Assembly: GCA_051880635.1 (NCBI GenBank)
Contig: JBJEOI010000015.1
Location: 536-64,535 of the forward strand
Reading direction: 5' to 3'
Length of the DNA: 64,000 nucleotides
Origin: Acutalibacteraceae bacterium
Lineage (GTDB): Bacteria > Bacillota > Clostridia > Oscillospirales > Acutalibacteraceae
A program made the translations under genes and the position numbers. Position 1 is the stretch's first letter. Each line of letters opens with the position of its first letter. Shown piece after piece: positions 60,403 to 64,000 of this stretch. Below the pieces are notes generated by a model that was not told the DNA's origin, made no database searches, and saw only the letters and a list, made by a program, of their open reading frames with translations.

Positions 60403-61287
60403 TATAGGCGCATCGGTTCTCGCAAAACTAAAGAACAAGGCAAAAGAATCCGGAAGAAGCAATCTGCTTTGTATGCAACTGTTTTGTCAGGAAGAATTTT
60501 TGAGGCGGCTTGAAAAATCGAGGTATATCGAAAACTTTGTATTGAAAGGCGGATTATTCTTATATACGCTTACGGAATTTGACAGCCGCGTAACTGTTGA
60601 TGTTGATTTTATGCTTCGAAAATTCCGAACACACCCGAAAAACTTCACGAAGTCCTTTGTGAAATAATCGCATCGGACACCACAAATGATTTTATTACTT
60701 TTGAAATCAAGAGCATTTCTCCGATTTCGGTTAACAAACAGTATCCCGGCATACACGCCGATATGGTGGCTCGCATAAAAAACACTCGAACACCCTTCGG
60801 AATTGATTTCGGTATCGGGGATATTATTGTTCCTGGGTCAAAAAAACGAAAAATACCGACACAACTTGCAGATTTTTCTGCACCGACGGTTCAGTCTTAT
60901 TCAATCGAAACAACCGTTGCGGAGAAGCTTGATGCCATTCTTGGCCTTATGGAGTTTTCAAGCCGCATGAAAGACTATTATGATATCTGGTATCTCGCAA
61001 ATAAATTTGACTTTGACGGGAAAGTTCTCGCCGAGGCAATGAAAAAGACTTTTGAAAACCGTGAACGCAGTTTTACAATCGAACAATTCAAAAGAGTTAT
61101 CGCATTCGATAAAGACAGTTTCATGAAAAAGAAATAGGCAGCATTCTGCAAAAAAGTCAAAGCCGAAAACGATTTCGGTATGGTGCTCAACACGATAAAC
61201 AAGTTTTTGTTTGAACCGTTTGCAGCTGTTGCGGAAAGAAAGGATTTCAATAAAAATTGGAACGCAGATAAACAAAGCCGGCAGTAA
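60395..61287 (+). pseudogene. abiEii: AbiEii/AbiGii-family nucleotidyltransferase toxin, inactivated by a frameshift and an in-frame TAG
   Basis: N-terminal part 'MADIGASVLAKLKNKAKESG...FVLKGGLFLY...RVTVDVDFMLR' stops at 60667. The family sequence continues in the +1 frame from about 60622 ('IPNTPEKLHEVLCEIIASD...ARIKNTRTPFGIDFGIGDIIVPG'). TAG at 61135-61137 interrupts 'KK(W)AAFCKKV', and the frame runs on to TAA at 61285-61287. Confidence 0.75.
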
Positions 61288-61456
61288 CTATGGTTTTGTT
61301 TTTTCGGTAAACAATACCGTTGCCGGTTCAACTCAATTACAAAAGCATAAGCCGAACTTTGGTGCTCCGTAACATTCAGTGTAAATTCACTTATATTCAT
61401 AATGGTTGTTGACTTTTTAAGGAAAGTGCCGCGCATGACGATTACCACTGAAATCC

Positions 61457-61511
61457 GAAAAAGACACCCCCGAAGAATGTCGCTCGTTTGAGAGAGCTGA
61501 TTCTTCGGGGG
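61457..61511 (-). terminator. Rho-independent terminator after the DUF4091-like gene
   Basis: 12-bp perfect stem CCCCCGAAGAAT (61467-61478) with ATTCTTCGGGGG (61500-61511). On the minus strand it is followed by TGTCTTTTT. Confidence 0.7.
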
Positions 61512-61556
61512 TTACGCTTAAATCAGATGTTTACACCATTAGGGTTATTCATTCTA

Positions 61557-64000
61557 TCAATAGTGTGCCTCACCGCAGACGCAGACTTTATTGGTTCCGA
61601 AAATCTTATAGAAGAATCGAAGAATCTTCCAGATAAAGCCCATGAAGCCGGTTTGATGACAGATGCAGGTACAGTCCTCGCCCGTGTCGTCTTTCGTCAT
61701 CGTAATGCCGCAATCGTCGCAAAGTCCGTCCGCGTTTGCGTCGTGATGTCCTGTCATCGCAATTACTTCGTGGCCACTGATGTATTGCTTGCAGTCGGGG
61801 CAATAGACACCGGCGGTAAAGCCGCTTTCGGTGCAGGTGGCAGGCACTTGCTTCGTTTCATATCGGTTCGGGTGACCGGTTGCGGGAATAACCTTTGTCT
61901 GTTTGTCGCCGCATACCTCGCAGACTGAGGTCTCACTGCCGTTTTCCGTGCAGGCTGCCGGAACGGTCGTTGTTTTGTATGTATGTGCCGTCTTTGCAAT
62001 CGGCTCGGTGCTGATCATCTCGCCGCATACCGTGCAGGTATAGGTCTTTTCACCCTCTGAGCTGCAAGTCGGCTGTTTCGTAACAACACCGCCGTCCCTT
62101 GTGTGACCGGTGGCAGGGTCAATTACATAGGTACTATAATCACAGTTTAGGCACTTTTCATACGCTTCGTAGCCGTCCTCAGTGCAGGTAGGATCCTTTA
62201 CGGCAACGGTTATTGTTCTGTGTGCCGTCGGAGCAATTGTTATGCTTTCTTTTACGACTTCACAGCAAATCGAACACTTTTTCTCTGCTGTTCTGCCTGC
62301 GCTTGTGCAGGTTGCGGCAACAGCAGGTGAGGAAATGTATTCCTCATGGTCACAGCCCTTGACATTGGTCTTTCGACTTTCTTTTGCGCCGCAGGACGCA
62401 CAGGTGCGGACTTCGAGACCGTTATGGGTGTCGTCCGATGTGACAACGGTCTGCCACTGCCCATAATTGTGTTCGGTGTTCGCCGCAGAAAGAGCGTTAC
62501 CCATCGCCGTCCGGATATTGTTGATTGTCACACATTCCCAATCAACGAAAGCGCCCTCGTGGGAATTCCAGATTTTATTGATTCCGTCGGAATTGTACTT
62601 TGCAAGGAATTTGTTAAGATAGGTTGTGTACTCGTCTTCGCCCAAAAACTCCTTGACAAGCTGAAGATAGTCGAAATCGTCCATACCGCTTGCGATATAC
62701 TTCAGGCGAAGAGATGCAATCGGGGTTGCCGGGTCAAGACCGAGAGAAGCACCCGAATAAACAAAGATACCGTCACCGTTGCCGGTTGAGGGGTAAGAAT
62801 TGCCCGGTACGGAATTGTTTTCAAACACATCATATACATTTCCGTTTTTGTCATACGGAACAAAGGCGCAGTTCCAATGAAGCATACCGTCGGAATTGAG
62901 TGCCGCCGCCTGCCACTGCAAGGCACGGGCAAAAACGCCCTTGGCACTCTTGCCGTAGGTCCAGACATAGGTATTGCCGTTCCAGGTGTCACCCTGATAG
63001 CGAAGCGACTTGTGCCAGTTCGTATCAAGGAAAGCGTTTCTGACCGTTTCCGAGCTGTACGCCGCATTCTGATTCGGGCAGTAAATATCGGTGGAAGCTT
63101 TCAGCTTGGACAGTTTAAAATCAAGGGTTGCCGAATCGGTACCGAAGAACGGAACCATAGCGTGGTAATTGTCGCCCCAGATCGCCTTGATGGCATTGAT
63201 TCTTGCGTCAAAATCATCCGTATCGGCGTCACTTGCCCAGTTCGGTTCGTCCCACGGGTAGAAGAATGCTTTTCCTTCAAGCTCACTGTTACCGACAACG
63301 ATATTTTTATACTCGGTAATCGAGGCGGCAGCTGACTGACTGTCATAGCTACCCTCAACGGGAACCATGAACATACTGCGTCTTGTGTCCGCCATAAGAA
63401 GCTCGGCTTGCTTTGCGTCATCGTCAATCACATAAGCCGGGATTTCATAAGAATTGACGCCGTGCTCCAGAAGAAAATCGTCCCAACCGGAAAGGATTTC
63501 CTTGGCAAGTTCTCTGTCCTCGAAAATCACCTTGCCGTTTTCAAATCTGACGCCGGACAGTTTAAGGAAGCCCGATGTTGTGTCATAGCCCGACGCCGAG
63601 GTGTAAAGACCGCAGAAATAGGTAGAAAGGTGACCTTCGGGAAGCGCAAAGTTCCAGACTCTTGCCGTCATTTTCGTTGTATTGAGTACGCCGTTTTCGT
63701 CCGACAGGGTTACGGTCGCGGTGTAGTCACCGGGTGTCTGTGTATCCGACGATTTCAGCTCAATATAGAACATATTGCTTTCGTTCTGTACGGTCTGAAC
63801 GCCCTCGCCTGCATACGGAACCAGAGCTTCGGCAAACTTATCCGAAGTGAAGCCCTCGGGATTCATATAGACCTCGTTATAGACTTTAGCCGAAAGCTCT
63901 TCGCCGCTTGCATTCAGAAACGGAGATACGGAAATAGCGAGGGGTCTTCCGTTTGCGGCTTTTTCGTAAAAGTAAACCTGAAAGCCCTCGTATTCATTTT
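61557..64000 (-). CDS. DUF4091/GH123-like secreted protein with C-terminal Cys-rich repeat array and Cys-rich TM tail; 5' end lies outside the window
   Basis: The reading frame stays open upstream of Met 63866 to the window edge. 'GKAFFYPWDEPNW', 'GDGIFVYSGASLGLDPATPIASLRLKYIASGMDDFDYLQL' resemble the DUF4091/GH123 catalytic region. The last 282 aa contain 26 Cys. Confidence 0.65.
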   Translation of the reverse strand, partial: NEYEGFQVYFYEKAANGRPLAISVSPFLNASGEELSAKVYNEVYMNPEGFTSDKFAEALVPYAGEGVQTVQNESNMFYIELKSSDTQTPGDYTATVTLSDENGVLNTTKMTARVWNFALPEGHLSTYFCGLYTSASGYDTTSGFLKLSGVRFENGKVIFEDRELAKEILSGWDDFLLEHGVNSYEIPAYVIDDDAKQAELLMADTRRSMFMVPVEGSYDSQSAAASITEYKNIVVGNSELEGKAFFYPWDEPNWASDADTDDFDARINAIKAIWGDNYHAMVPFFGTDSATLDFKLSKLKASTDIYCPNQNAAYSSETVRNAFLDTNWHKSLRYQGDTWNGNTYVWTYGKSAKGVFARALQWQAAALNSDGMLHWNCAFVPYDKNGNVYDVFENNSVPGNSYPSTGNGDGIFVYSGASLGLDPATPIASLRLKYIASGMDDFDYLQLVKEFLGEDEYTTYLNKFLAKYNSDGINKIWNSHEGAFVDWECVTINNIRTAMGNALSAANTEHNYGQWQTVVTSDDTHNGLEVRTCASCGAKESRKTNVKGCDHEEYISSPAVAATCTSAGRTAEKKCSICCEVVKESITIAPTAHRTITVAVKDPTCTEDGYEAYEKCLNCDYSTYVIDPATGHTRDGGVVTKQPTCSSEGEKTYTCTVCGEMISTEPIAKTAHTYKTTTVPAACTENGSETSVCEVCGDKQTKVIPATGHPNRYETKQVPATCTESGFTAGVYCPDCKQYISGHEVIAMTGHHDANADGLCDDCGITMTKDDTGEDCTCICHQTGFMGFIWKILRFFYKIFGTNKVCVCGEAHY

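Noticed and set aside
60978-61448. 156-aa minus-strand ORF downstream of abiE, and the nested 60958-61275 ORF.
   Set aside because: It is antisense to the recognisable C-terminal remnant of AbiEii. It has no SD and no motif, and its composition is low-complexity.
1-64000. Search for tRNA, rRNA, tmRNA-like and riboswitch-like sequences in the non-coding stretches: 2958-3292, 8236-8433, 52390-52630, 54792-55079, 58089-58495, 58919-59089 and 61288-61556.
   Set aside because: I saw no T-loop (GGTTCGAATCC-like) or cloverleaf candidates, no rRNA-like conserved blocks and no recognisable riboswitch cores by eye. A covariance-model scan (Infernal/Rfam, tRNAscan-SE) would be the decisive check.

Overview
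The sequence looks like a low-GC Firmicute chromosome, probably Clostridia; the taxon is inferred only from gene content and Shine-Dalgarno (SD) style. I found no rRNA, tRNA or CRISPR array.

Layout, left to right:
1. 0-3 kb: potBCD-type polyamine ABC importer genes (+ strand).
2. 3.0-4.7 kb: an orphan three-gene phage tail-fibre-like module (- strand). It sits behind a strong promoter whose start site carries a near-consensus LexA/Cheo SOS box. A structured 3' region follows the module.
3. 4.7-8.3 kb: a translationally coupled choline-activation operon. It encodes a wHTH-LicC-LicA fusion, a 40-aa transmembrane (TM) peptide and a sodium:solute symporter.
4. 8.4-52.5 kb: about 40 genes, all on the - strand and almost without gaps, forming one very large cell-surface polysaccharide locus. 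It includes a CpsB phosphatase, two tandem fused Wzc-type tyrosine kinases, a PglK/MsbA-like ABC exporter and PglF/PglE-like enzymes. It also includes a phosphoglycosyl-transferase (PGT)-GT4 fusion, TviB/TviC-like enzymes, about 10 glycosyltransferases (GTs) and a Wzy-like polymerase. The remaining genes are Wzm/Wzt, FnlA/B/C, LicD, three different O-acylation systems, a sugar-1-kinase plus nucleotidyltransferase (NTase), and an LCP ligase.
5. 52.6-54.8 kb: a lipoprotein / radical-SAM-SPASM / PqqD operon with no visible precursor peptide.
6. 55.1-58.1 kb: a 1002-aa Cys-repeat surface protein (+ strand).
7. 58.1-61.5 kb: a small mobile/defence islet. It holds a cassette-like small gene flanked by 28-bp direct repeats, a truncated AbrB, TnpV, an intact AbiEi and a doubly inactivated AbiEii.
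8. 61.6-64.0 kb: a 5'-truncated DUF4091/GH123-like secreted protein with the same Cys-repeat modules (- strand).

All functional calls come from motif recognition in the supplied translations. No database search was run.
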